In this document: piece after piece, positions 49,421 to 59,507 of the stretch
Layout of the letters: each line of letters opens with the position of its first letter
How positions within the stretch are numbered: position 1 is the stretch's first letter
Source of the DNA: an uncultured virus (IMG/VR IMGVR_UViG_3300042473_000519)
Taxonomy: Duplodnaviria > Heunggongvirae > Uroviricota > Caudoviricetes
Strand: one strand, 5' to 3'
Length of the DNA stretch: 64,000 bases
Virus record (IMG/VR): IMGVR_UViG_3300042473_000519
Notes under the pieces: model-generated
Seen by the model: the letters and a program-made list of their open reading frames with translations, nothing else
Told to the model about the DNA's origin: nothing
Database searches by the model: none
Translations under genes and position numbers: made by a program

Positions 49421-50056
49421 TTGAAAAATATGTTATACCTCCGAGAGAATCTCAGTTTCAACGAAGCAAAAATGATCGTTGAATCTGATGACAAAGATGG
49501 GAAGTCCTTGTATATGAGTGGTATCTGTATACAAGGCGGCATCCGCAATGCAAATCAGCGTGTGTACCCTGTTAATGAGATTGGCAAGGCTGTTAAGACC
49601 CTTAACGATCAGATTCAAAACGGTTATTCAGTTCTCGGAGAAGTGGATCATCCAGATGATCTAAAAATTAACCTGGACCGTGTATCGCACATGATAACAA
49701 ACATGTGGATGGACGGCCCTAACGGTTACGGGAAGTTGAAAATACTTCCAACACCTATGGGACAACTAATTCGCACAATGCTGGAAAGCGGCGTAAAATT
49801 AGGCGTGTCAAGTCGCGGATCCGGAAACGTTAGCGATAGCGGTTCCGGTGAAGTATCAGATTTTGAGATCATCACAGTAGATATGGTGGCTCAACCTAGT
49901 GCTCCGGGAGCATACCCTACACCAATTTATGAACACCTGATGAATAGTCGCGGTGGACTAAGTGCCTTACGCATAGCGGAAGAGGTCAAGGGCAACCCCA
50001 AAGCACAGAAATATCTCAAAGAGAGCTTATTGAACATAATAAGCAAACTCCAATAA
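49421..50056 (+). CDS. gp21: Prohead protease
   Basis: NANQRVYP, LGEVDHP, LGVSSRGSG, DMVAQPSAPGA. The start may be ATG 49430. Confidence 0.93.
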   Translation: MKNMLYLRENLSFNEAKMIVESDDKDGKSLYMSGICIQGGIRNANQRVYPVNEIGKAVKTLNDQIQNGYSVLGEVDHPDDLKINLDRVSHMITNMWMDGPNGYGKLKILPTPMGQLIRTMLESGVKLGVSSRGSGNVSDSGSGEVSDFEIITVDMVAQPSAPGAYPTPIYEHLMNSRGGLSALRIAEEVKGNPKAQKYLKESLLNIISKLQ

Positions 50057-50068
50057 AAGGAGAAACAC

Positions 50069-51163
50069 ATGTTGGATGCACTAAAAAGTTTATTTGAAAA
50101 CAATGTGATTTCTGAGGAGATCAAAGAGTCAATTGAGGCAGCATTTGAAGGGCGTATTAATGAAGCTCGTCAAGCGGTTGCTGTACAATTACGCGAAGAA
50201 TTTGCACAAAAGTATGAGCATGACAAGAACACAATGATTGATGCAGTGGATCGTATGATCTCTGAACAATTATCTACTGAGCTTGTTGAGTTTGCAGATG
50301 ATCGTCGTCAACTTTCAGAAATGAAAGTCAAGTATGCACAGAAGATGAAGAAAGATACTGCTGTTATGAAAGAATTCGTAACACGTCAGTTGGCTTCTGA
50401 AGTTTCTGAACTACACGAAGATCAAGTTGCAATGGCCAGTAAGTTTGGTGCATTAGAATCATTCGTAGTTGAGGCTCTAGCCCAGGAAATCACAGAATTC
50501 TTCAAAGACAAACGCGAGTTGGCTGAAACCAAAGTACGCTTAGTCCGTGAAGGTCGTCAAGAAATCAAGAAGGTCAAAGAACAATTTGTTCAACGTGCCG
50601 CTAAGATGGTTGAAGGTGTTGTATCACAGAACTTACGTTCTGAGCTTACATCGCTGAGAGAAGACATCGAAGCTGCTCGACGTGCAGATTTTGGTCGTAA
50701 GTTATTTGAGGCTTTTGCCGCAGAGTACTCGACCAGCTACCTAAATGAAAAATCGGAAACTGCAAAATTACTCAAAGTCATAGACTTGAAAGATTTAGCT
50801 ATCAAAGAAGCTGCTCACGCAGTTGTTCAAGCTGAACAAATCCTAGAAAGTAAACAAGCAGAAGTACGTGCTTTGAAAGAAGCTCAAGAAAGAAAAGCAA
50901 TCATTAGTGAACTAGTTGCTCCGCTAAACGCAGAACAACGTGGCATTATGAATGAGTTGATGGAGAATGTAAAGACTGTTAAGCTTCAAGAAAGTTTTAA
51001 CAAGTACCTACCAGCTGTAATTGCTGGCCAGGCTCCGCAGAAGAAACAGGCACTAGTAGAGGCTAAAGAAGTAACCGGAAACAAGATTTCCAACACCACC
51101 CGTAGCAGCGAGACAGATAGCAATATCGTTGATATTCGCAAGCTCGCAGGACTAAAATTTTAA
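50069..51163 (+). CDS. gp22: Prohead scaffold/core protein
   Basis: Coiled-coil, E/K-rich, between protease and capsid. AAGGAG SD. Confidence 0.8.
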   Translation: MLDALKSLFENNVISEEIKESIEAAFEGRINEARQAVAVQLREEFAQKYEHDKNTMIDAVDRMISEQLSTELVEFADDRRQLSEMKVKYAQKMKKDTAVMKEFVTRQLASEVSELHEDQVAMASKFGALESFVVEALAQEITEFFKDKRELAETKVRLVREGRQEIKKVKEQFVQRAAKMVEGVVSQNLRSELTSLREDIEAARRADFGRKLFEAFAAEYSTSYLNEKSETAKLLKVIDLKDLAIKEAAHAVVQAEQILESKQAEVRALKEAQERKAIISELVAPLNAEQRGIMNELMENVKTVKLQESFNKYLPAVIAGQAPQKKQALVEAKEVTGNKISNTTRSSETDSNIVDIRKLAGLKF

Positions 51164-51175
51164 GGAGAAATTTAA

Positions 51176-52351
51176 ATGTCAGAACTACTAAATGGACGTT
51201 GGGCAGAAACTAAAGAAGCCCTATTAGAAGGCTTACAAGGCACAAAAAAATCAGTAATGGGCGTGACTCTTGAGAATACTCGCAAGTATTTGCAAGAATC
51301 TGCTACAGCTGGTGCCACTTCTGCCGGCAACGTCTCAACATTAAACCGCGTAATTTTACCGGTGATTCGTCGTGTTATGCCAACCGTTATTGCTAACGAG
51401 TTAGTTGGTGTACAACCAATGACAGGCCCAGTTGGTCAAATCCACACTTTACGTGTTCGTTATAGCGATACATCTTCAGGTGCTGGCATTGTAGCTGGAG
51501 AAGAGGCACTAAGCCCATTCAAGATTGCAGAATCTTATTCTGGTAACGAGAACAGTTCTTCAGCTAAAGCAGCTTCAACTGCTAGCTTAGAAGGCCGTGC
51601 TGGTAACCGTTTAAGCATTCAAATCTTGAAACAAACAGTTGAAGCTAAGACACGTAAGTTGTCAGCTCGCTGGACGTTTGAAGCTGCTCAAGACGCACAA
51701 GCCCAACAAGGTATTGACGTTGAAGCAGAAATTATGGCTGCTTTGGCACAAGAAATTACTGCTGAAATCGACCAAGAAATCATTGCTTCGTTGTTGTCAC
51801 TAGCTGGTTCAGCTACACAGACTTATGACCAAGCTGCCGTTTCTGGTACTGCTACATTCGTGGGTGACGAGCATGCTGCTTTAGCTGTTCAGATCAATCG
51901 TGTTAGCAACTTGATCGCTCAGCGTACACGTCGTGGTGCTGGTAACTATGCAGTGGTTAGCCCATTTGCATTGACCATCCTACAAAGTGCTACAACTAGT
52001 GCGTTTGCTCGTACTACAGAAGGTACATTCGAAGCACCTACAAACACCAAGTTTGTTGGTACATTGAACAGTGCAATGAAAGTTTATGTTAACAGCTATG
52101 CAAATGATTCAACTGATATTCTTATCGGTTACAAAGGTGCTAGCGAGTCTGATGCACCAGCATTCTATTGCCCATACATTCCATTGATGAGCAGTGGTGT
52201 TGTTCTTGACCCATCAACATTCGAACCAGTCGTATCATTCATGACACGTTATGGTTATGTTGAGTTGTCAAACACAGCGTCTTCTCTAGGTAACGCAGCT
52301 GACTACTTAGGTCGTGTTGCTATTACTGCTGGTAACGTTAAGTTCAGTTAA
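51176..52351 (+). CDS. gp23: Major capsid protein
   Basis: PVIRRVMPTVIANELVGVQPMTGPVGQI, VEAKTRKLSARWTFE..QD, EITAEIDQEII, FYCPYIPL, FMTRYG. Confidence 0.96.
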   Translation: MSELLNGRWAETKEALLEGLQGTKKSVMGVTLENTRKYLQESATAGATSAGNVSTLNRVILPVIRRVMPTVIANELVGVQPMTGPVGQIHTLRVRYSDTSSGAGIVAGEEALSPFKIAESYSGNENSSSAKAASTASLEGRAGNRLSIQILKQTVEAKTRKLSARWTFEAAQDAQAQQGIDVEAEIMAALAQEITAEIDQEIIASLLSLAGSATQTYDQAAVSGTATFVGDEHAALAVQINRVSNLIAQRTRRGAGNYAVVSPFALTILQSATTSAFARTTEGTFEAPTNTKFVGTLNSAMKVYVNSYANDSTDILIGYKGASESDAPAFYCPYIPLMSSGVVLDPSTFEPVVSFMTRYGYVELSNTASSLGNAADYLGRVAITAGNVKFS

Positions 52352-52379
52352 TCAATTACCGAAAGGTATTGTAAACTAC

Positions 52380-52401
52380 AAAGGGCACTTAGGTGCCCTT
52401 T
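52380..52401 (+). terminator. Intrinsic terminator after gp23
   Basis: AAAGGGCAC-TTAG-GTGCCCTTT, preceded by a TACC-GAAA-GGTA hairpin (52357-52368). Confidence 0.75.
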
Positions 52402-52411
52402 CTCACGATGT

Positions 52412-52484
52412 GATAAATACTTTGTATGATTCACATAGGGTGAATTTTATGCGGAAATCCAACCGCGTATGGCCTAAAACGCCA
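52412..52484 (+). promoter_or_regulatory. Late promoter (GATAAATA) and structured 5' leader
   Basis: Promoter at 52412-52419. Three hairpins at 52429-52484 before the AAGGAG SD. Confidence 0.55.
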
Positions 52485-52506
52485 CTTTTCTTAAGGAGAA
52501 AATAAA

Positions 52507-53490
52507 ATGGGACGTCCTTTAAATAAAAAATATTTTGGTAACCGAAACATTGGTTCCACAAGCGTAACAACCGATAATGGCATTGGCGGCCAAGGCGTTG
52601 CTAGCGTTACTATCGCTGGCACAAACAACAATTACATTGCAGTACCAACAGCAACATTTGCAGCACCTACACTACCAGGCGGTGTTACTGCAACAGCAGG
52701 CGCTATCACTATGGTTGTCAAGTCAGTTAGTATTGATAACGGCGGCGGCAGCTATCTTGACGAAGAAGTTGTAACGTTAGGCAGCGGATCAGCAGCAGGC
52801 GGGACGGGCACTGTTGACGGCACATATACAACTCGCGCAAGTTTTAGAATTAAAAGTATAGACGGCGGCGGCGCAGCTACAACTATTGAACTAGTTGCAG
52901 GCGGTTCGTACACAGTATTAGCATACAACGGAGCTACCGCAGCAAGCAATCCGGGTAGTACTGTTACACAAATGTTTACAACTGGCGGAACTGGTAACAA
53001 CTTACGTGTAACAATTACGTGGGGTGTATTAGCAGTAGCAATTAATGAAAAAGGTTCTGGTTATGTATCAGCACCATCAATCACAATGACCGGTAATGCT
53101 ACTAAAGTTGCTGTTTTATCCACTGACACTGGCAACGTTGGTTCAACAACCAATCAAGAAAATGCCATTTTAATGACAGCATTCTTAACAGGCGGATCAG
53201 CACTATCAGTTGACATTAAGAAACAAGTATCTGGTCGTCGTTATAAAGTAACAGACGGTACACTAACTGGTACTGTTAAGTTAACTGGTTCGTTAGCTGA
53301 TGCTGCTGGCGAATGTAGTGTGGCAGTTCTTGATAGTGCAGGCGGCGAGTACTTTGCTACTAAGATTACAGCACACAAGGCAACATTAACAGTCGCAGGC
53401 GGATCGGGACATTTGTATACTACTGGTCAACAAGCTCCTTGGAAACTAGTTGCTCCGGTTGGAGTATATGTTCAACTTGCTAACGCTTAA
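52507..53490 (+). CDS. Virion structural protein (possible head decoration/fibre)
   Basis: MGRPLNKKYFG start, G/T/A-rich, GSGY..AP repeats. Follows gp23 with a strong SD. Confidence 0.65.
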   Translation: MGRPLNKKYFGNRNIGSTSVTTDNGIGGQGVASVTIAGTNNNYIAVPTATFAAPTLPGGVTATAGAITMVVKSVSIDNGGGSYLDEEVVTLGSGSAAGGTGTVDGTYTTRASFRIKSIDGGGAATTIELVAGGSYTVLAYNGATAASNPGSTVTQMFTTGGTGNNLRVTITWGVLAVAINEKGSGYVSAPSITMTGNATKVAVLSTDTGNVGSTTNQENAILMTAFLTGGSALSVDIKKQVSGRRYKVTDGTLTGTVKLTGSLADAAGECSVAVLDSAGGEYFATKITAHKATLTVAGGSGHLYTTGQQAPWKLVAPVGVYVQLANA

Positions 53491-53495
53491 TTAAT

Positions 53496-53515
53496 TTAGG
53501 GGCTTCGGCCCCTAA
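53496..53515 (+). terminator. C(UUCG)G hairpin (terminator or mRNA-stabilising stem)
   Basis: TTAGGGGC-TTCG-GCCCCTAA immediately after the stop at 53490. No long U tract. Confidence 0.6.
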
Positions 53516-53541
53516 CTTAAGGATAATGTTAAGGATAATAG

Positions 53542-54597
53542 ATGTCAAGAATATTAAAAGTCAGTCAAAGCAATTATAGAATTCAAACAGGTTACAATGG
53601 AACTATAACATTGGATACTGGACCTGATGCTGGCACTACTTATATCACTGGAGATTTGGTAGTTCAAGGTAACACTACGGCTGTTAACACTTCACAACTA
53701 TACATTGAAGATAGACTTATAACTCTTAACAAAGGTGGCGGCAACACCAATCCTCTTGCAGTTTATCCTGACTGGGGAATTGTTGCAGATGCTCAGTCCA
53801 ACAAACGTTCTGGAATTGAAATTGACCGCGGTGCTCATCCTAATGGAAATGCACTGATAATATTTGATGAAAAAGTATCGTACTACGAATCGGCAGTTTC
53901 TGCTGAGGTATATGGTACATTTGTTTTAAAAACTGCAACAAGTAATATTGTTACTGGTCTAAGTTTAGCAGGTATTGTAAATGACCGTGCTGCGGATTTT
54001 ATATTTGATTTAAAAAGTACAGGCGGCATGTTGCGTATTGTCAATGGCGGCAACAATGACGATTACTATATACACGTGTCTGACAACGATAACAATATTC
54101 CAAATTGGAAATCGATCACAAACTATGTAACAGCTAGTGGCGGTGTTGCTACTGTTGACAGGATGTACTTTCCTCCAACAGCCGCACCAGGTAATGAAGA
54201 TACTAAAATCCAAGCATTTGGCAGTAACATTCAATTCTTTGTAGGACCTTCGGGCATACTTAACAATCAAAATATTGTAGCAACACTGAGCCAAAATGGA
54301 TTAAGTGTTAATAATGTAAATATTCTTGACGATTCTATTAATAACATATCTAGTAATAATTTAACATTGCTTGCAAATAACAACAACGTTGAAATTAATT
54401 CGTTTTTAAATTTAACAAATCAATCAACATTCCCCGTATTATCTGCTACAAAAACCCAAGTATTTTCAAATACAGCAAATATAGGTGCTGGTAAAACTGG
54501 ATTATTTTTTAAAAACTCCAGTACAACTGGCATGACTAACAATGTAGACGAATTAGTAAGTAAGAATCGTGCAGTTTTATTAAGTATATTATTATAA
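53542..54597 (+). CDS. Virion structural/fibre-like protein
   Basis: GDLVVQGNTTAVNTSQLYIEDRLITLNKG resembles a segment of 7484..9154. Also SGIEIDRG. Confidence 0.65.
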   Translation: MSRILKVSQSNYRIQTGYNGTITLDTGPDAGTTYITGDLVVQGNTTAVNTSQLYIEDRLITLNKGGGNTNPLAVYPDWGIVADAQSNKRSGIEIDRGAHPNGNALIIFDEKVSYYESAVSAEVYGTFVLKTATSNIVTGLSLAGIVNDRAADFIFDLKSTGGMLRIVNGGNNDDYYIHVSDNDNNIPNWKSITNYVTASGGVATVDRMYFPPTAAPGNEDTKIQAFGSNIQFFVGPSGILNNQNIVATLSQNGLSVNNVNILDDSINNISSNNLTLLANNNNVEINSFLNLTNQSTFPVLSATKTQVFSNTANIGAGKTGLFFKNSSTTGMTNNVDELVSKNRAVLLSILL

Positions 54598-54606
54598 GGA
54601 AAAATT

Positions 54607-54939
54607 ATGGCAATAACATCAGCGGCTATTACTACTACAGCAGCATCGGTATATACCAGTACCGGTAGCAATGCAATCACTTGCATAATTGTTTGCAATT
54701 TATTTCCATTTGCCGCAAGCAATCCTGCACTTAATGCTACTAACTTTTATTTGTATGCAGTGCCCGGTGGCGGCACACCTGCAGATGTTAATTTAATTGT
54801 TAATGGGCTTCCCATCACAGCTGGAGAAACATTGAGTTTAGATCAAGAAAAATTAGTATTAGAAAATGGCGACAAACTATATGCAAAAGCCGATGACGGC
54901 AGCACATTAGTAATGACTATAAGTACGTTGGCAGTATAA
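54607..54939 (+). CDS. Small structural/connector protein
   Basis: 110 aa, beta-rich, EKLVLENGD motif. Similar to 58793..59122. Confidence 0.65.
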   Translation: MAITSAAITTTAASVYTSTGSNAITCIIVCNLFPFAASNPALNATNFYLYAVPGGGTPADVNLIVNGLPITAGETLSLDQEKLVLENGDKLYAKADDGSTLVMTISTLAV

Positions 54940-55979
54940 TGAGATATTTAAGACGACAAACTTTAAATCGTAGAGCAGTTTACGATAACACACTGTATGT
55001 TGATACGAACGGTTCTGTAATAATGGACTCTCGTACAGCATTAAAGTTGCCCAACGGCCTTGGTGATGATACTGTGCCGTCTGGTGGTTTTGGCGATGTT
55101 GATAACGAACGCCCGGTTGTTCCGCAAAATGGAATGATGCGATATAACGAAACAACACTTGATATAGAAGTGTATCAAGGTAGTACTTGGCGTGCATTAC
55201 GCTATAGAGAATCTGGTGAAATTACTCAACAAACTCTTGGAGTAGGCGACGGCGACACTGTATACTTTGGGCCGTTAAGTCCGTCACCGTATGCTGTTAC
55301 CGCACAACGCGGGTATACATGGACAGGTGCTAACTTGTTAGTAATTGTTGAAAATGTAATTCAATTGCATACTACAAATTATTTGGTTGAACAAAATCCA
55401 ACTTTTAGTGCAGAAACTTATAACGGCACCCTTAGTAGAACTGAACTTGTAACTGCAACTAGATTATATTTTAATACCAGTTTACAAACAACTGGTGCAA
55501 GTGGTTCAACTACTACTGCAACCTTAACATTTGCCGCACAACCAGCTGCACCATTTTCAATAGGCGAAACTATACTAGTAACTGGAATGACACCTTACGG
55601 ATATAACGGAGAAGCAGTTGTAACTAATTGCAATACAACTTCAGTAAGTTATATGAATACCACTACTGGATCTCAAACTGTGGCAGGCACAATTACAAGT
55701 ATTAATACAATTTATCCAGCAATGGATCTTACTGGTGCCGCAGTATCTGGAACTGGTATTCCAGCACTTACAACATTAGTGGAATATACTACAGACCTAG
55801 CAACTGGTGCATTGACCAGCATTGATATTAGTAATCCAATTACTGGATCTCCAATTGTTGCAGGAACCGCCATTACTATTGCCAACCCTTCACAGATTGG
55901 AGATGGTTGGTACTTGCAATTTAGTAGCCCAGTTCCACCAGGAAAACCAGTAACTGTATTGCATGGTTTTGATCAATAA
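54939..55979 (+). CDS. Virion structural protein
   Basis: ERP..NGMMRYN..IEVY motif shared with the next two genes. Confidence 0.65.
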   Translation: MRYLRRQTLNRRAVYDNTLYVDTNGSVIMDSRTALKLPNGLGDDTVPSGGFGDVDNERPVVPQNGMMRYNETTLDIEVYQGSTWRALRYRESGEITQQTLGVGDGDTVYFGPLSPSPYAVTAQRGYTWTGANLLVIVENVIQLHTTNYLVEQNPTFSAETYNGTLSRTELVTATRLYFNTSLQTTGASGSTTTATLTFAAQPAAPFSIGETILVTGMTPYGYNGEAVVTNCNTTSVSYMNTTTGSQTVAGTITSINTIYPAMDLTGAAVSGTGIPALTTLVEYTTDLATGALTSIDISNPITGSPIVAGTAITIANPSQIGDGWYLQFSSPVPPGKPVTVLHGFDQ

Positions 55980-55990
55980 GTGCATTAGTT

Positions 55991-57607
55991 ATGGCCTTAA
56001 AAATTAATCAAGTTTCTCCAGGAAAAGAGTTTGGTCGCATAAGCGGTCCTTTGCTGTCAGATAATTTACTGCGTAGCGGAATTGATCTTGCATTTGATAC
56101 AGATGTACTGTACCTTAATGTCAATAATAAATTTGTAGGATTTAATACCAATACACCTGTTAGAACTTTAGATATATTTGGAGATATATATTCCGATGAT
56201 CTTATAATAAACACCCAAGCAGATATTGCTCACTTATCGTTTGGCGGTACTGGCACGTTAGATCAAATTGCAAACTATCTTAATGAAAATATCTACATCA
56301 CTCCAGATCAAAGCACTGATCCTATTATTCAATTAACTGGTATAGGTAGTACAAATAAATTTAATTTTGTTGGTTCCGAACTTACTGGACTTGCTGATCA
56401 AAATATTATATTCGATCCTACTGGTAGATTAGTTTTTGGTACAGGAGTAGCAGCCACACTAGTTGTTCCAAATGATCCAGGATTTTATACTACAACTAGT
56501 TTAAATTATTTTTATGCTACGCGAGCAAGTTGGGAATCTAGTGGATTAGATGTAGGATCATATCTTACTAATCTTGCACAATTTATTAAAGGCACTACTG
56601 TAACCATTGTACAGGGACCGTTTGCAAATTACGGACAAGACTATTATATAATTTTCACAAGTAATAACCCATTAGTAGATTTAAATCCGTTAGATACAAT
56701 AACACTGACAATTAGTAAAACCAATCTACATGTGGATGGTACAATTACTTCCACTGGTAATATTACATTTGACGGAGACATCACGTTGGGCAATGACACC
56801 GGCGATGTTATTACATTCGGAGCAAATGTAGGTAGTGATATAATTCCCATCATTGGCGGTACGTATAATCTAGGCGAAGATACAACTCCATCAATTTGGA
56901 AGAATATACATGCTACCAGTTTAGTAACAACAAATTTTAACACAACCAACGCAACTATTACTACTCTAGATGCAGGTAATATTAGGATTAGTGGCAATGC
57001 TATTAGTAACATTGTCACGTCTAATGATGTTAATTTAGTTCCTAGTGGCACTGGCAGTTTGAATTTCAACAGCTTTTTATCCATTAAAGACAATACATTT
57101 TCACATCATGATTCCACTCCATTAGAATTTGTTTCAACAGGCAACGGATATTTTAAATTCGGTGGCCCAACCGGCTGGTCAATTCCAATAGGAACTACCC
57201 TAGAGCGGCCTGCTAGTCCTGACTTAGGAACAATTCGTTATAATACAACTTCATTTACGCCTGAAGTTTATGCAAATGTTTCTAACACTACCACAGTTAC
57301 ACTAACAGTTGTTACCGCAGATATTAATATTGGAGATACCACAATCTATGTGGACAGCACTGTGGGATTTTCAATAGGTGATTTTGTCAGTTCACCTACT
57401 CCGGGAATATTTGCCACATTAACGTTGATTACTGGAGTTGTTCCAGGAGTCAGCATTGATGTAGATGTAGCCGCAACTGGATTTTTAGCATCTGGAAATA
57501 ATATTAGTATACAACGTAAATGGATTCCTATGATTGGTACCAGTCCTGTTCTTTCAACAGACGAGGTCACTGACATCATGGACATTTGGACTCTTATACT
57601 GGGTTAA
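55991..57607 (+). CDS. Fibre-like structural protein
   Basis: GRISGPLL.DNLLR.G..LAF.T..LYL N-terminus shared with 57729..58787. Confidence 0.65.
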   Translation: MALKINQVSPGKEFGRISGPLLSDNLLRSGIDLAFDTDVLYLNVNNKFVGFNTNTPVRTLDIFGDIYSDDLIINTQADIAHLSFGGTGTLDQIANYLNENIYITPDQSTDPIIQLTGIGSTNKFNFVGSELTGLADQNIIFDPTGRLVFGTGVAATLVVPNDPGFYTTTSLNYFYATRASWESSGLDVGSYLTNLAQFIKGTTVTIVQGPFANYGQDYYIIFTSNNPLVDLNPLDTITLTISKTNLHVDGTITSTGNITFDGDITLGNDTGDVITFGANVGSDIIPIIGGTYNLGEDTTPSIWKNIHATSLVTTNFNTTNATITTLDAGNIRISGNAISNIVTSNDVNLVPSGTGSLNFNSFLSIKDNTFSHHDSTPLEFVSTGNGYFKFGGPTGWSIPIGTTLERPASPDLGTIRYNTTSFTPEVYANVSNTTTVTLTVVTADINIGDTTIYVDSTVGFSIGDFVSSPTPGIFATLTLITGVVPGVSIDVDVAATGFLASGNNISIQRKWIPMIGTSPVLSTDEVTDIMDIWTLILG

Positions 57608-57619
57608 AAACCAAAATAT

Positions 57620-57711
57620 AATAAATACTATTACTGTAAAGACTGACCAAGTTTTTACGATATTCAACAGTGGTAAACCCGCTATGTAAGGTGGTTATCC
57701 GTGAAACTCGG
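57620..57711 (+). promoter_or_regulatory. Late promoter (AATAAATA) and structured 5' leader
   Basis: Promoter at 57620-57627. Hairpins at 57636-57658, 57669-57683 and 57699-57711. Confidence 0.55.
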
Positions 57712-57728
57712 TGTACAAAGGAGCGTAA

Positions 57729-58787
57729 ATGGCTGTTGGTCGTATCTCAGGTCCGCTCTTAAAGGATAATTTACTTCGTAATGGAGTGAATCTGGCCTTT
57801 GAGACGAGCCTACTTTACTTAGATGTCACAAGCCATAAAATTGGTGTTAATAACGCATCTCCCCAGTACACACTCGATGTCAACGGCACAACAAAATCAA
57901 CAAACCTTGAAGTAAATAATCAAGCACAGCTTGCCAGTTTTACTCTTGTAAATAACACAATAAGCAGTTCAAGTTCAACAATTAATTTTGTACCAAGTGG
58001 TGCAAACGGCGTTGTGTATCAAGGCCGTGCATTAATCGGAACTGCACTTGAAATCAGCGGCAACACAATTGCCACGCTGGGAACTAATCAAGATTTAAAT
58101 ATCACAACTGCTGGCTCAGGACAAGTTAATGTCAACGGTAATGTGTATGTTAACGGTGATATCTATGCCACTGGTAATATTACTGCCAACGGAAATATCA
58201 CATTAGGTAATCAAACTACAGATGTTGTTGACTTTGAAGGCGAAATTGGTAGTGACATTATTCCTAGTCAGAACAATCAGTTTACACTTGGTACGCCATC
58301 TTTAAAATGGGCGGGCGTGTACAGTGATGCGGTTACAGTATCCAGCATCACAACAACTAATTTCACAGCTGATAATTTTCAAACAGTTAATTTAGAAATT
58401 ACTGGCAATACTATCAGTGCTAAAACAGCTGACACTAATATTAATTTTACAACTAGCGGAACAGGCGGAGTAGTTCTTGGAAATATTAAGATTTTTAATA
58501 ATACAATTACAAATATTTCTAATAACGCAGTAACTGAATTTGTTGAAACTAATAACGGCTATATAAAAATTGCTGGCACCCGTGGTGTTGTAATTCCAGT
58601 AGGATCTGTTGCCGCAAGACCAACTGGCATATATGTTGAAACTGGCATGATGCGTTACAACAACGAATTGTTTCTTGTTGAAATTTGGAACGGCACTGCC
58701 TGGATTAGTGTTGCTGGTGCAGCCGCAGGTGTTACTGCTAACGTGGCCACAGACATTGGCATTCAAACTGCCTTAATATTTGGATAA
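57729..58787 (+). CDS. Fibre-like structural protein
   Basis: Paralog of 55991..57607. IGVNNASPQYTLDVNG and RP..GMMRYN motifs. AAGGAG SD. Confidence 0.7.
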   Translation: MAVGRISGPLLKDNLLRNGVNLAFETSLLYLDVTSHKIGVNNASPQYTLDVNGTTKSTNLEVNNQAQLASFTLVNNTISSSSSTINFVPSGANGVVYQGRALIGTALEISGNTIATLGTNQDLNITTAGSGQVNVNGNVYVNGDIYATGNITANGNITLGNQTTDVVDFEGEIGSDIIPSQNNQFTLGTPSLKWAGVYSDAVTVSSITTTNFTADNFQTVNLEITGNTISAKTADTNINFTTSGTGGVVLGNIKIFNNTITNISNNAVTEFVETNNGYIKIAGTRGVVIPVGSVAARPTGIYVETGMMRYNNELFLVEIWNGTAWISVAGAAAGVTANVATDIGIQTALIFG

Positions 58788-58792
58788 TAGAA

Positions 58793-59122
58793 ATGACGAC
58801 TTATTTTAGAACAACAGTTGAAAAAGAAATAGGAACCGTTGAAACGACAATTTTGTCAACAACTCCTTCTAACATTTTTACACTTATTGGATTAAGTGTG
58901 GCAAACATCGTTGACTATGATGTTATTGTGGATGTGTACATTACAGATGCTACTTCAACCAAGGGTTATTATATAAAACAACTTATTATACCACCCTATA
59001 CCTCGGCAAAATTAGTACAGAATGGCGAAAAGATTATTTTAGGCAACAGTTGTAGTTTAAGTGTTATTAGCGACACCGCCGCAAGTTTAGATGTTATTGC
59101 CAGTTACGCTGAAATAGCATAA
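58793..59122 (+). CDS. Small structural/connector protein
   Basis: 109 aa with GEKIIL and SLDVIASYAEI. Similar to 54607..54939. Confidence 0.65.
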   Translation: MTTYFRTTVEKEIGTVETTILSTTPSNIFTLIGLSVANIVDYDVIVDVYITDATSTKGYYIKQLIIPPYTSAKLVQNGEKIILGNSCSLSVISDTAASLDVIASYAEIA

Positions 59123-59132
59123 AGGAACCGAT

Positions 59133-59498
59133 ATGAATAGCAATTACTTTTTTGGACGTAGTCAAGATGAACTGATTGGATCTCAACCTCGATACTTCAT
59201 GGGCATTAAACGCAACGACGATGGCGAAATTACTCTCACACTGGTTGATCAAATGAGTAGATTAGACACACTGTCAGTCAATGCAGTCGGTGATATTGAA
59301 AATAATTACGAAGACTTTGATACAGGTACAGACTTCTATGAAGGCCGTGATGTGTATCATAACATCGTTTATGAAAACTTATTGTATGAACAATATCGCT
59401 GGGACAATCGCAGAATTTATTATTACGTTGATGAAGCTGGCCAGTTAGTAGCTAGAATAAACACAAAATACACATACCCAACAGGTATTTCAAGTTAA
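59133..59498 (+). CDS. Hypothetical structural-module protein
   Basis: 121 aa with YEQYRWD..YYVDEAGQLVARIN. AAGGA SD. Confidence 0.65.
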   Translation: MNSNYFFGRSQDELIGSQPRYFMGIKRNDDGEITLTLVDQMSRLDTLSVNAVGDIENNYEDFDTGTDFYEGRDVYHNIVYENLLYEQYRWDNRRIYYYVDEAGQLVARINTKYTYPTGISS

Positions 59499-59507
59499 GA
59501 GTAAACT

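Noticed and set aside
57660..57715. Possible tRNA gene
   Set aside because: No acceptor stem, anticodon arm or TTC-type T loop. Kept only as a structured leader.
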